In this document: positions 19,097 to 31,083 of the stretch, one piece after another | Layout: each line of letters begins with the position of its first letter | How positions within the stretch are numbered: position 1 is the stretch's first letter | Assembly (NCBI RefSeq): GCF_001272835.1 | Contig: NZ_CP010546.1 | Location: 332,809 to 364,808, forward strand | DNA from: Mycoplasmoides pneumoniae FH | GTDB lineage: Bacteria > Bacillota_I > Bacilli_A > Mycoplasmatales > Mycoplasmoidaceae | Direction: 5' to 3' | Length of the DNA: 32,000 nt | The notes under the pieces: model-generated | Told to the model about the DNA's origin: nothing | The model's input: only the letters and a program-made list of their open reading frames with translations | The model's database searches: none | Made by a program: the position numbers and the translations under genes

Positions 19097-20617
19097 ATGA
19101 TCACGTTAATCTGGTGCCAAGATAAACACTTCGGGATTGGGAGAGACAACACCATTCCCTGAAAGTTAACGGAAGCCAACCAACACTTCTATAACACTAC
19201 TAAGAACCAAACGGTTGTAATGGGTTACAGCACCTTTCAGGAGTTAGGTGACAAGCTAACTGATCACAACGTGGTGGTGTTGAGTAAAAAACACTTTGAA
19301 GAATTGCAAAACAACACCAACATTAAGGTGTTCAATTCAATTGAAAAGCTCTTGCAACACCACTTTAACCGTGATTTGTATGTGATTGGGGGCAAGCAAA
19401 TCTTCCACCACTTTATTGAACTGGCTGATCGTTTAATTATTTCGGTTTTACCAGTGGACTTTAAGTGTAACCTTCGCTTAAAGTTGGGCTTGGACAGCTT
19501 TGAATTAATGCAAGAACAACAACACAGCCAATTTAAGGTGCAGTACTGACACAAAAAGCACCCCGAACGTTTATCGTTTAATGTTTTTTTGGAAGATTAC
19601 AATGGGACTTTACCAAACTTGCTGGAACTTTTAATTGATAAGAAGTTCAACTTGCACCAGGTCGATATTGCCAAAATTACGACACAATACCTCCACTTAA
19701 TTAACACTAACTTAAATAAACAAGCAATTGAACCAATTACCGACTACCTTGTCATTACTAGTCGAATTGTGGAGCAGAAGGCCAATAACTTACTGCAAAT
19801 TAATGATATTGCCCTAGACTCTGACTTTTTAGACAACAAGCTGCGTGATAAACTAGTAGCACAGTTAGTGGAGTACAAACGTTACCGTGAATCACTCGAT
19901 GACTTTGAGAAGCTAAGGATCAATCGCTTAGCTTACTTTTCCAAAGATAATGACTTTAACCGCTTTATCCAAACAGTTGACAAGAGTAACACAGAACCCG
20001 TGAAAATTGAGGACGAGCTACCCAATTATGTAAGTGTCTTAAAGTTGCATCACGCCATGAATAAGCTAATGCAGCGCTGAAGAGCCCAGTTTTTAGCGAA
20101 CAAAAACATTTCAATTCAGGAGCTTTCAATTGAACAAGTCCAAGCGGAAATTTTGGCTACAATTAAGCAATTTGGCTATCATAGTGTTTCGTTAAAACGG
20201 GTACTGTTAAAGGTCAACCACCACATTTCCTTAATGTATTTCATTACCGCTTTTGTCGCTTTATTGGTGTTAATTAACAACCAGATTATCGACATTGAGC
20301 AGACTAGCTTTGATGATGAGCTTTACATCTGCTTGTTAGACAGTTCGCGGATTAAACAGCTCCAAGAAACGCCAGAAGCCATGGTGGAACGTGCTGTGAA
20401 ACAACGCCAGGAAGCACAGGAATTAGCCCGTCAAGTAGCTAGAGAAAAAGCAATTGCCAACGCGCAGAAACGCGAAGCTTACCTAAAGGCAAAATATGGC
20501 AAGGATTACTTAACACGTGAACAGTTTTTAAAACTGTCTCCCGAAGAACGTGCTGCCCATGTGGCTAAAATGAAACAATTAAAACTAGTAAAGAACGACA
20601 ATGGACGCGACAATTAA
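19097..20617 (+). CDS. scpA: Fusion: N-terminal dihydrofolate-reductase-like domain plus C-terminal ScpA (kleisin), 506 aa
   Basis: Single frame with TGA=Trp at 19547 and 20078. N-term MITLIWCQDKHFGIGRDNTIPWKLTEANQHFYNTTKNQTVVMGYSTFQEL...DLYVIGGKQIFHHFIELADRLIIS; then LSFNVFLEDYNGTLPNLLELLIDKKFNLHQVDIAKITTQYL...YFITAFVALLVLINNQIIDIEQTSFDDELYI. Confidence 0.88.
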
Positions 20618-21227
20618 GGTAACTAAACCCGTTTTAAAACAAAAGGATAGCAGCGCTGCTAATTTAGTTGCTGCCATTTATGGGTTGTTGTTTGTAAGTG
20701 GCGAAAAGGGCTTAACGTTAGCGGAATTAAACCGCGTATTGCGCAAGGTGGGTTTGGAAAAGATTAAGGCCGCTTTAGTGCAGTTAGAGCGCAAGTTAAG
20801 TTTAGATGATGAAAGCGGGATTGAAATTAAAAAGTTTGGTCACAGCTTTCGCTTGGTCACCAAAATGGAGATCAAGGACTTTATCCACCGTTACCTACCC
20901 AACAAGATTAAAAATCCGCTCAATTCCAAAACAATGGAAGTGTTAGCAATTATTGCTTACAACCAACCCTGCACCCGTCCGCGCATTAATGAAATTAGGG
21001 GTGCAGATTCCTTTCAGATTGTCGATGACTTACTAGAAAAGGAGTTAATTGTTGAATTGGGCCGCAAAGACACACCTGGTCGTCCCTTTATTTATGAAGT
21101 GTCGCCTAAGTTCTATGATCTGTTTGGGATTAACAGCTTGGATGAACTGCCTAAAGTCGAGAATTTTGATCTCGACAAATTCCGCCAAGGTAGCTTTTTT
21201 GACTCTAACCGTTACGGGGATGATTAA
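20601..21227 (+). CDS. scpB: Segregation and condensation protein B
   Basis: LYGLLFVSGEKGLTLAELNRVL...LAIIAYNQPCTRPRINEIRGADSFQIVDDLLEKELIVELGRKDTPGRPFIYEVSPKFYDLFGI. Confidence 0.93.
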   Translation: MDATIKVTKPVLKQKDSSAANLVAAIYGLLFVSGEKGLTLAELNRVLRKVGLEKIKAALVQLERKLSLDDESGIEIKKFGHSFRLVTKMEIKDFIHRYLPNKIKNPLNSKTMEVLAIIAYNQPCTRPRINEIRGADSFQIVDDLLEKELIVELGRKDTPGRPFIYEVSPKFYDLFGINSLDELPKVENFDLDKFRQGSFFDSNRYGDD

Positions 21228-21232
21228 GGTTA

Positions 21233-21238
21233 TATAAT
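21233..21238 (+). promoter_or_regulatory. -10 box TATAAT directly upstream of pfkA
   Basis: TTATATAATTAGCGCAAATGAG; very short leader, as is common in mycoplasmas. Confidence 0.5.
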
Positions 21239-21246
21239 TAGCGCAA

Positions 21247-22233
21247 ATGAGTCCAAAAACAACCAAAAAAATTGCCATTTTAACCTCTGGTGGTGATGCT
21301 CCAGGGATGAATGCCACACTAGTTTACCTAACGCGTTATGCCACTAGTTCTGAAATTGAAGTTTTCTTTGTGAAAAACGGTTATTATGGGCTGTACCATG
21401 ATGAGTTAGTACCCGCTCATCAATTAGATTTGTCAAACAGCTTGTTTAGTGCTGGCACCGTGATTGGTAGTAAGCGCTTTGTCGAATTTAAGGAGTTAAA
21501 GGTCCGCGAGCAAGCAGCACAGAATCTTAAAAAGCGCCAAATCGATTACCTAGTGGTTATTGGTGGTGATGGTAGTTACATGGGCGCTAAATTGCTAAGC
21601 GAGTTGGGCGTTAACTGTTACTGTTTGCCGGGTACGATTGACAACGACATAAATTCGAGTGAGTTTACAATTGGTTTTCTCACGGCTTTGGAGTCGATTA
21701 AGGTCAATGTCCAGGCCGTGTACCACACTACGAAATCACATGAACGGGTCGCCATTGTGGAGGTGATGGGTCGCCATTGTGGTGATTTAGCCATTTTTGG
21801 TGCCTTAGCCACCAATGCTGACTTTGTGGTGACTCCTAGCAATAAAATGGATTTAAAGCAGCTAGAAAGTGCTGTCAAAAAGATCTTGCAACACCAAAAC
21901 CACTGTGTGGTGATTGTTAGTGAAAACATCTATGGCTTTGATGGTTATCCCTCACTTACAGCGATCAAACAGCACTTTGATGCTAACAACATGAAGTGTA
22001 ACCTGGTGTCCTTGGGTCACACGCAACGCGGATTTGCCCCTACCAGCCTCGAGTTAGTCCAAATTAGTTTAATGGCGCAACACACGATTAACTTAATTGG
22101 ACAAAACAAGGTTAACCAGGTCATTGGTAATAAGGCCAATGTGCCCGTTAACTATGACTTTGATCAAGCCTTTAACATGCCACCGGTTGATCGCAGCGCT
22201 TTAATTGCAGTCATTAATAAAAATATTATTTAA
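21247..22233 (+). CDS. pfkA: 6-phosphofructokinase
   Basis: IAILTSGGDAPGMNA, VVIGGDGSYMGA, LPGTIDND, VEVMGRHCGDLA, LGHTQRGFAPT. Confidence 0.95.
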   Translation: MSPKTTKKIAILTSGGDAPGMNATLVYLTRYATSSEIEVFFVKNGYYGLYHDELVPAHQLDLSNSLFSAGTVIGSKRFVEFKELKVREQAAQNLKKRQIDYLVVIGGDGSYMGAKLLSELGVNCYCLPGTIDNDINSSEFTIGFLTALESIKVNVQAVYHTTKSHERVAIVEVMGRHCGDLAIFGALATNADFVVTPSNKMDLKQLESAVKKILQHQNHCVVIVSENIYGFDGYPSLTAIKQHFDANNMKCNLVSLGHTQRGFAPTSLELVQISLMAQHTINLIGQNKVNQVIGNKANVPVNYDFDQAFNMPPVDRSALIAVINKNII

Positions 22234-22238
22234 CTGAT

Positions 22239-23765
22239 ATGATTCACCACCTAAAACGCACTAAGATTATTGCCACCTGTGGTCCGGCTTTAACTAAAAA
22301 GCTATGAACGCTAGCAATGTTAGATGACCCAGCTTACGCTGCGATGAAAGCAGAAGCTTACGCCAACATTGAAAATATTATTAAAAACGGCGTAACGGTA
22401 ATCCGCTTAAACTTCTCCCATGGTAACCATGAAGAGCAGGCTGTAAGGATTAAGATTGTTCGTGATGTGGCTAAAAAGCTCAACCTCCCGGTGTCAATTA
22501 TGTTAGACACCAACGGTCCGGAAATCCGCGTCTTTGAAACGGCCCCTGAAGGGTTAAAGATCCTCAAGGACAGTGAGGTGGTTATTAACACCACCACTAA
22601 GGAAGTGGCTAAAAATAACCAGTTTAGTGTGAGTGATGCTAGTGGCACTTACAACATGGTCAACGATGTTAAGGTGGGACAAAAAATCCTCGTTGATGAT
22701 GGTAAGTTAAGCTTAGTCGTAAAGCGGATTGATACGAAGAACAACCAGGTTATTTGTGTTGCCCAAAATGACCACACTATCTTTACCAAAAAGCGCTTAA
22801 ACCTCCCCAATGCCGACTACTCAATTCCCTTTTTAAGTGCTAAAGACCTACGCGACATTGACTTTGGTTTAACCCACCAAATTGACTACATTGCCGCTTC
22901 CTTTGTCAATACAACGGAAAACATCAAGCAACTGCGTGACTACCTCGCTTCTAAGAATGCCAAGCATGTCAAGCTTATTGCCAAAATTGAGTCCAACCAC
23001 GCTTTAAACAACATTGATGGGATTATTAAAGCGAGTGATGGCATTATGGTAGCACGGGGTGATTTGGGCTTGGAGATCCCATATTACAAGGTGCCTTACT
23101 GACAACGGTACATGATAAAAGCGTGTCGTTTCTTTAACAAGCGTGTTATTACCGCAACTCAAATGTTGGACTCTTTGGAAAAAAACATCCAACCAACTCG
23201 CGCTGAAGTTACTGATGTGTACTTTGCCGTGGACCGCGGCAATGATGCCACCATGTTAAGTGGAGAAACCGCAAATGGGGCGTTTCCCCTTAATGCTGTG
23301 TATGTAATGAAGATGATTGATAAACAGTCCGAAACGTTCTTTGATTACCAGTACAACTTGAACTATTACATGGCCAACTCCAAGGCCCGTCACAGTGAGT
23401 TTTGAAAGCAGGTGGTGTTACCGTTAGCACAAAAAACAGCACCAAAACGCAAACTGATTAACAGTGACTTTAAATACGACTTTGTGGTGCACGCCACCAA
23501 CAACCTTAATGAAATCTATGCCTTGTCCAACGCTCGCTTAGCGGCTGCGGTAATTATCTTGACCAATGACCCCCAAGTATACACCGGGCACGGCGTTGAT
23601 TATGGCATCTTCCCTTACTTAATTGACCAAAAGCCGCAAAGCTTAAGTAAAGCTGAGTTTAAGAGCTTAGCTAATGTTGCCATTAAACACTACCAGCAGC
23701 ATGGGGAAATTAGTCAATTAAAGCAGTGTTTGGGAGTATTTCACAATAAGATCATTAGCTTATAA
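22239..23765 (+). CDS. pyk: Pyruvate kinase
   Basis: Joined through TGA at 22305, 23100, 23403; RTKIIATCGPALT, VIRLNFSHGNHEE, DTNGPEIR, IAKIESNHAL, DGIMVARGDLGLEI, TQMLDS, LSGETANG. Confidence 0.95.
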
Positions 23766-23804
23766 GCGCTAAAAATTAATTAGAGTTTGTAAAATATTCT
23801 ACAC

Positions 23805-23881
23805 GGTGCCTTAGCCAAGTGGATTCAAGGCCTGGAGCTGCAACCTCCATATCGTCAGTTCGAATCTGACAGGCACCTCCA
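23805..23881 (+). tRNA. tRNA-Cys (GCA)
   Basis: GGTGCCT...AGGCACC-TCCA acceptor; loop CTGCAAC; TTCGAAT T arm; CCA encoded. Confidence 0.93.
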
Positions 23882-23932
23882 TGCACATGAACAATAAATC
23901 CACTACAAGGTGAGAACCCTTGCATGTGCAAA

Positions 23933-24009
23933 CGGGAAGTAGCTTAGTTTGGTAGAGCACTTGGTTTGGGACCAAGGGGTCGCAGGTTCAAATCCTGTCT
24001 TCCCGACCA
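23933..24009 (+). tRNA. tRNA-Pro (TGG)
   Basis: CGGGAAG...CTTCCCG-ACCA; anticodon TGG. Confidence 0.95.
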
Positions 24010-24013
24010 TAAT

Positions 24014-24090
24014 GGCTGGATACCTCAGTTGGTTAGAGGACCCGGTTCATACCCGGGTTGTCGTGAGTTCGAATCTCACTCCAGCCACCA
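24014..24090 (+). tRNA. tRNA with CAT anticodon (elongator Met likely)
   Basis: GGCTGGA...TCCAGCC-ACCA; anticodon loop TTCATAC. Confidence 0.85.
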
Positions 24091-24100
24091 AAATCATTAA

Positions 24101-24176
24101 GGATCTATAGCTCAATGGTTAGAGCCCCCGACTCATAATCGGTCTGTTACAGGTTCGAGTCCTGTTAGATCCACCA
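24101..24176 (+). tRNA. tRNA with CAT anticodon (Ile2 with lysidine-modified CAT likely)
   Basis: GGATCTA...TAGATCC-ACCA; anticodon loop CTCATAA. Met/Ile2 identity inferred. Confidence 0.8.
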
Positions 24177-24216
24177 TCTGGTTGCTGTGTTAGAATAGTA
24201 CTTGCCGCATTCACCT

Positions 24217-24307
24217 GGAGACTTACCCAAGCGGCTGAAGGGTTCGGTCTTGAAAACCGAGAGGTGCTGAAAAGCACGCGAGGGTTCGAATCCCTCAGTC
24301 TCCGCCA
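24217..24307 (+). tRNA. tRNA-Ser (TGA)
   Basis: GGAGACT...AGTCTCC-GCCA with long variable arm (GGTGCTGAAAAGCAC); loop CTTGAAA. Confidence 0.93.
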
Positions 24308-24319
24308 AACCACATTGAT

Positions 24320-24396
24320 CGCGGGATAGAGCAGTCGGTTAGCTCGTCAGGCTCATAATCTGAAGGTCGGGGGTTCGAATCCCTCTCCCGCAACCA
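24320..24396 (+). tRNA. Initiator tRNA-fMet (CAT)
   Basis: CGCGGGA...TCCCGCA-ACCA with C1:A72 mismatch typical of initiators; anticodon CAT. Confidence 0.93.
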
Positions 24397-24397
24397 C

Positions 24398-24471
24398 GGT
24401 TCCATGGTGTAGTGATAACATATCTCCCTGTCACGGAGGGGTTGCGGGTTTGATTCCCGTTGGAACCGCCA
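24398..24471 (+). tRNA. tRNA-Asp (GTC)
   Basis: GGTTCCA...TGGAACC-GCCA; loop CTGTCAC. Confidence 0.94.
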
Positions 24472-24472
24472 C

Positions 24473-24548
24473 GGTCTTGTAGCTCAGTCGGTAGAGCAAC
24501 GGTCTGAAGAACCGTGTGTCGGCAGTTCGATTCTGCCCGAGACCACCA
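24473..24548 (+). tRNA. tRNA-Phe (GAA)
   Basis: GGTCTTG...CGAGACC-ACCA; loop CTGAAGA. Confidence 0.94.
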
Positions 24549-24560
24549 TAAAACTTTCTT

Positions 24561-24594
24561 ACCTTACCTTTAAAACTAAGGGTAAGGTTTTTTA
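24561..24594 (+). terminator. Intrinsic terminator after the tRNA cluster
   Basis: ACCTTACC TTTAAAACTAAG GGTAAGGT TTTTT. Confidence 0.75.
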
Positions 24595-24744
24595 TTGCTT
24601 ACCACCTTTATTTAAGGCAGTACAACAGCTGTAAATTAGTTGCCCAATTCTTTTTGCAATCAAGTTCACTTTGCCTTTTTTTCTTGGGCTTTTGTGTGGA
24701 CGTGTAACAATTAAAGCAGTAAGCTTAGCCTTATTACATGTAAT

Positions 24745-25958
<1,214 letters not shown>

Positions 25959-25985
25959 TTTTTCTTTATTTACTTATACAAATTT

Positions 25986-27027
25986 ATGCCAATTAACTTA
26001 AAAGGTCGTAGCCTTGACTCTGCTTTAAACTTTACTACTGCTCAAATTAACTATTTAATTGACCTCGCCATTGATTTAAAACGCAGTAAATACCAAGTTG
26101 CACATCCAGAACCGTCCCTTAGTGGGGAAGAACATTGTTTTACTGTTCCAAAAAGATTCTACCCGTACCCGTTGTGCCTTTGAAGTGGCTGCCTTTGACT
26201 TGGGTATGGGTTGCACTTACATCGGCCCTTCTGGTTCCAATTTTGGTAAGAAGGAATCGATTGAAGACACTGCTAAAGTGTTGGGTTCAATGTATGACGG
26301 AATTGAATTCCGTGGCTTTAAGCAAAGCGATGTTGATGCTTTGGTAAAGTACTCTGGTGTTCCTGTTTGAAACGGTTTGACTGATGCGGAACACCCTACC
26401 CAAATGCTAGCGGATTACATGACGATTAAGGAGTTGAAGGGTGATTTGAAGGGGCGCAAAATTGTCTTTGCTGGTGATATTAAAAATAATGTGGCACGCT
26501 CGTTGATGATTGGGGCAGCTTTTGTTGGTATGGACATAGTGCTAGTAGGTCCTAAAGCACAGCATGAATTAGTTCAAAATGGTGCTGGGTATAAAGAGGT
26601 CTTTGAGCAGTGTCAAGCATTGTTTCAACTCAATGGTGGTAGTGTTAGCTTTAGCACTGATAAGCTGCAAGCGGCTAAGAATGCTGATGTAATTTACACC
26701 GATGTGTGACTGTCGTTGGGTGAAGACTTTAGCTTATTTGAAGAACGGATTCAGGAGCTGGGTCAATTTCAAGTTGACATGGCTATGATCAAAGCAGCTA
26801 AGAGTGATGTGATCTTCTTGCACTGTCTCCCCGCTTTCCATGATGATCACACTAGCTTTTCACTGGAAATTAAACAAAAGTTAGGTAAAAAATATCCGGT
26901 GGTGAAAACGGGTGCGATGGAAGTGACTGATACGGTGTTTCAGTCCAAGCATAACATGGCCTTTATCCAAGCAGAAAACCGCTTGCACACGATTAAGGCC
27001 GTTATTTTAGCTACTTTAGGGTATTAA
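25986..27027 (+). pseudogene. argI: Ornithine carbamoyltransferase, frameshifted near 26090-26100
   Basis: Frame 25986..about 26090 ([37 protein letters not shown]) then +1 frame ([43 protein letters not shown]...FLHCLPAFHDDHT...). Confidence 0.88.
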
Positions 27028-27029
27028 AG

Positions 27030-27959
27030 ATGCAAAAAATTGTCATAGCATTGGGTGGTAATGCATTAGGTAACAATCCCACCGAACAAAAGGACTTGGT
27101 ACAACTACCAGCACGACAGGCGGTTGCTTTGTTAAAGCAGGGTTATCAGATATTATTGGGTCATGGTAACGGTCCACAGGTTGGCATGATCTACAACGCC
27201 TTTAGTGCGGCCAAACAAGTCAACCCTAATACACCCACTGTACCATTTGCTGAAAGTGGGGCAATGTCTCAGGGTTACATTGGACTGCATTTGTTAACAG
27301 CATTGTACAATGAGCTGCTACACCAAAAACTACCCCATCAAGCCGTGTACTTTTTAACACAAACCTTAGTAGAAGCGAGCGATCCTGCTTTTCAAAACCC
27401 AAATAAACCAGTTGGTCCGTTTTACAACACAGAGGAAACAGCACGCTCAGCTAATCCAAACAGCACCGTGGTGGAAGATGCAGGGCGGGGTTGGCGTAAA
27501 GTAGTAGCGTCCCCCAAACCAGTTGATGTTTTGGGAATTGATGCCATTAAAAGTAGCTTTAACCAAGGCAACTTGGTGATTGTTGGTGGCGGTGGCGGTG
27601 TACCCACAATTAAGACCAAAAGTGGTTATGCAACGGTTGATGGGGTGATTGATAAGGATCTAGCATTGAGTGAAATTGCCATTAAGGTAGAGGCTGACCT
27701 GTTTGTTATTCTCACTGCCGTGGACTTTGTCTACATTAACTATGGTCAACCAAACGAGCAAAAGCTAACCTGCATTAACACCAAGGAAGCTAAGACCTTA
27801 ATGGCCGCAAACCAGTTTGCTAAAGGTAGTATGCTCCCCAAGGTAGAAGCGTGTTTAAACTTTGTCCAGTCGGGTACCAATAAGACGGCCATTATTGCCC
27901 AATTAGACCAATTAGCTGCGGCCATTGCGGGCAAGATTGGTACTAAAATTGTCAAGTAG
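27030..27959 (+). CDS. arcC: Carbamate kinase
   Basis: IVIALGGNALGNNPTEQ, LLGHGNGPQVGMI, VIVGGGGGVPTI, GSMLPKVEACLNFV; uninterrupted 309 aa. Confidence 0.93.
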   Translation: MQKIVIALGGNALGNNPTEQKDLVQLPARQAVALLKQGYQILLGHGNGPQVGMIYNAFSAAKQVNPNTPTVPFAESGAMSQGYIGLHLLTALYNELLHQKLPHQAVYFLTQTLVEASDPAFQNPNKPVGPFYNTEETARSANPNSTVVEDAGRGWRKVVASPKPVDVLGIDAIKSSFNQGNLVIVGGGGGVPTIKTKSGYATVDGVIDKDLALSEIAIKVEADLFVILTAVDFVYINYGQPNEQKLTCINTKEAKTLMAANQFAKGSMLPKVEACLNFVQSGTNKTAIIAQLDQLAAAIAGKIGTKIVK

Positions 27960-27961
27960 TT

Positions 27962-29659
27962 ATGAAACAACAAAAACCCAAAATTAGCTTTATAGCAGCG
28001 ATGCTAATTGTTATCGGCTCGTCCATAGGTGCTGGTATCTTTTTTAAATCCAGCACTGTTTTGGAAAATTCCCAGGCCTCTTTAGTGCTAGCGATTTTTA
28101 ACTGGTTGGTAGCTTCAGTGGCAGTGATTGCTATGGCCTTGGCATTAATTGAAATTGCCAGTGTTCGCAACGATAATCTCTCGATTATTAGCTGGGTCAA
28201 AGTGTTTAACCGGCGCTGGTTGTACCATGGTTGTAAGAATTTTATGACCTATTTGTACCTACCGTTGACCTTCTTCTTTATGCCGCTGTACTTTATCTGT
28301 TCCATTCAAGATGGGTTTCGCGGTTTGTTGGGACTGGAAACCGGAGCGCATTTCAATACTAGTGTGGACTGGTTAATCTGGTTAGCTTTAGCACTTATTA
28401 TTACCACTTACTTCTTGACAATTCCACCACTGTACGCTAAGGTAGGGAACATCCAAAACATGGTGGTAAGCGCCGTGAAGTTTATTCCTTTAGTGTTTGT
28501 GCCTATCATCGGTTTTATTGTAGCGGGTACAGGTAACGGTGAATTAAAAAACGTTAAGGCATTAGTGCAACCCCCACAAATTAATGGTGCGACTGCTTCC
28601 TTTACCCAATTAGTACAAGCGGGGTATGGAATTACTCGTTTTACGGGAATTGGTGCTGGGATGGGTTCCTTTATTTCGATTGCCGCCATTTTCTTTGCGT
28701 ACGATGGTTTTTACGTAACAGCTGGACTGCAGTCAGAGATGCGTGAACCGAAAAAAACACCGTGAGCTTTGTTTTTAGGTTTACTAATTACTACGCTGTT
28801 TTACCTTATCTTAGCAGTGGCACTTTCCATTAACGGTGGTTTGTTTAGTGGTATGGAAGAGTCCATGGGAAAGCTGTTTAACAATAAGCGTGCCGGGCAA
28901 ATTGTCTTTGGTGTTGTTAACCTAATGATTGGCATAGGTGTCTTGGGTATTATTAACGGTTTTGCACTGTGAGCACCACGGTTTGTGGAAGACTTATTAG
29001 CCCAAGGTGATTTACCTTTTTGAAAGCAAGTGCAGGGCAGATTGAACCCCAACAAGCCAGTGGTGGGGGTAATTTACTGTTTGGTACTTTCTTTGACTGT
29101 TCAAGTGCTGTTTACGGTAATAGGTGCTTTGGCTTACCTCCCGACAGTAGCGGATTACAAAAATTACGTTAACACTGAAATTGACAAGCTCAATTCGATG
29201 CAATGGTTGTATTCGTTTTCCGATTTAATGGCTACTTGAACTTCGCTGTTTACCTTCGCCTTTATTGCCTGTGCCATCTTTGGTGCCATTGTTAATCGCA
29301 AAACCAAGCAGATTACGATTGCCAATCCAAAGCGTTATTTTCTCCCAGCGGCTTGGATTGCCGTAGTGGTTAACTGCATTAGTGTTTTTGTAACTATCAT
29401 TGAGCCCTTCATTAACCTCTTTTTACTGTTTGGTTATGATGAAACAGTGGCACACACAGTGCTCGGTAATGACTTCATTGAATTGAATGAATTAGTGATA
29501 GGACGGGTAATGCTGATAGTAGTGTTAGTTTTCTTTGCCATAATTAGCTTTCTCCCTGTTTATGTGGAGGATCAATACCACAAACGTAAGTTTGGTAGTT
29601 TAGCTAACTATCAGCAATATGTACAACAACATTTAGCACACTCCACCATTAACGGTTAA
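27962..29659 (+). CDS. APC-family amino acid permease (possible arginine/ornithine transporter by context)
   Basis: Joined through TGA at 28763 and 28970 and others; IVIGSSIGAGIFFKSSTVLENSQ start and about 12 hydrophobic segments; 565 aa. Confidence 0.85.
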
Positions 29660-29792
29660 TTAGTTTTGTAAGGCTTGCAAGCTTTGCCGTCATTTTCATT
29701 TAAATAGCATTTATTCATTTGCATTTTTTTAGATAAATTAAAATTAATGATATAGTGTCAGCTTTGCTGTTGGCACCTTTTAAAGACAGTAA

Positions 29793-31064
29793 ATGGATAT
29801 AAATAAACCAGGTTGAAATCAGTCTGACCAACAAGCTACTGCATACGATCCCAATCAGCAGCAGTACTATGGTGATGGTAGTACTTATTACGACCCCGAC
29901 CAAGCAGTTGATCCCAACCAAGCGTATTACCCCGATCCGAATACCTATCCTGATGCAGCGGCTTATTACGGCTATGGTCAGGATGGTCAAGCATATCCAC
30001 AAGACTATGCTCAAGATCCCAACCAAGCGTATTATGCCGATCCCAATGCTTATCAGGACCCAAACGCTTACACCGATCCTAACGCCTATGTAGATCCCAA
30101 TGCTTATCAGGACCCAAACGCTTATGTAGATCCTAATAACTACACCGATCCCAATGCTTATTACGGCTATGGTCAGGATGGTCAAGCATATCCACAAGAC
30201 TATGCTCAAGATCCCAACCAAGCGTACTATGCCGATCCCAATGCTTATCAGGACCCAAACGCTTACACCGATCCTAACGCCTATGTAGATCCCAATGCTT
30301 ATCAGGACCCAAACGCTTACACCGATCCTTACTATGTTACTAGTACCGATCACAACGCTTACTATGGTCAGGTCGATAATGTACCTGCTTTAGAGGCGAG
30401 TGATCTCGCTTATGAGGTAACACCGCAAGAGCAAGCAGCGGAACAAGAGCTGTTTAGCGAACCGGAAACAAAGGTAATCCGTGAAATCCACGAATTTCCC
30501 TTTGAGAAGATTCGCTCTTACTTCCAAACGGACTTTGACAGTTATAACAGCCGTTTAACCCAGCTCAAAGACAAGTTAGATAACGCCATCTTTTCGATGC
30601 GCAAAGCGATTGATACTGTCAAGGAAAACAGCGCTAACTTGCAAATTATGAAGCAGAACTTTGAACGCCAACTCAAAGAACAGCAAACCCAACGGCTTAC
30701 AAGTAATACTGACGCGGAAAAGATTGGTGCTAAGATCAACCAATTAGAGGAACGCATGCAACGTTTATCGCGCACTATGGAAAGTGTGGAGTGAACCAAA
30801 AAGGAGCCACGTCAAGAACAGTTCGATCCACGCTTTGTCGATCCACGTAACTTTAATAACTATGTAAACAACACTGACACAATGATGTCAATGTTTGAAA
30901 AGGTATTAATGATGAACTTACTGCGCAGCACCACTCCAGTCCAACCTCCAGTGCAGTACTTTACTCCTCAACCCCTTACAGCATCGCCACGTCCAGTGTA
31001 TGAAGAACCGATCTCCGCTTCGTTCCGCCGTCGTGGTTACCGTGGTGATGAATTTTACGAATAA
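29793..31064 (+). CDS. p65: P65 cytadherence/attachment organelle protein
   Basis: MDINKPGWNQSDQQATAYDPNQQQYYGDGSTYYDPDQAVDPNQAYY... proline/aspartate/tyrosine-rich repeats, then coiled coil and C-term RRRGYRGDEFYE. Confidence 0.93.
29961..30319 (+). repeat. In-frame direct duplication in p65, unit 195 nt (65 aa) with a near-identical core of about 164 nt at 29961 and 30156
   Basis: GCTTATTACGGCTATGGTCAGGATGG...CAGGACCCAAACGCTTA occurs twice; I see one difference (TATTATGCC/TACTATGCC). Confidence 0.9.
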
Positions 31065-31083
31065 ACACTGGCTCTTTTAACCG

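Noticed and set aside
24119-24313. Minus-strand ORF of 64 aa (RRLRDSNPRVLFSTSRFSRPNPS...).
   Set aside because: It is the complement of tRNA genes, a common false ORF.
29715-30353. Minus-strand 212-aa ORF rich in IGIRIGVSVWVLISIGIYI opposite p65.
   Set aside because: It is the mirror of the DPNAY repeats of P65; low complexity and no independent support.
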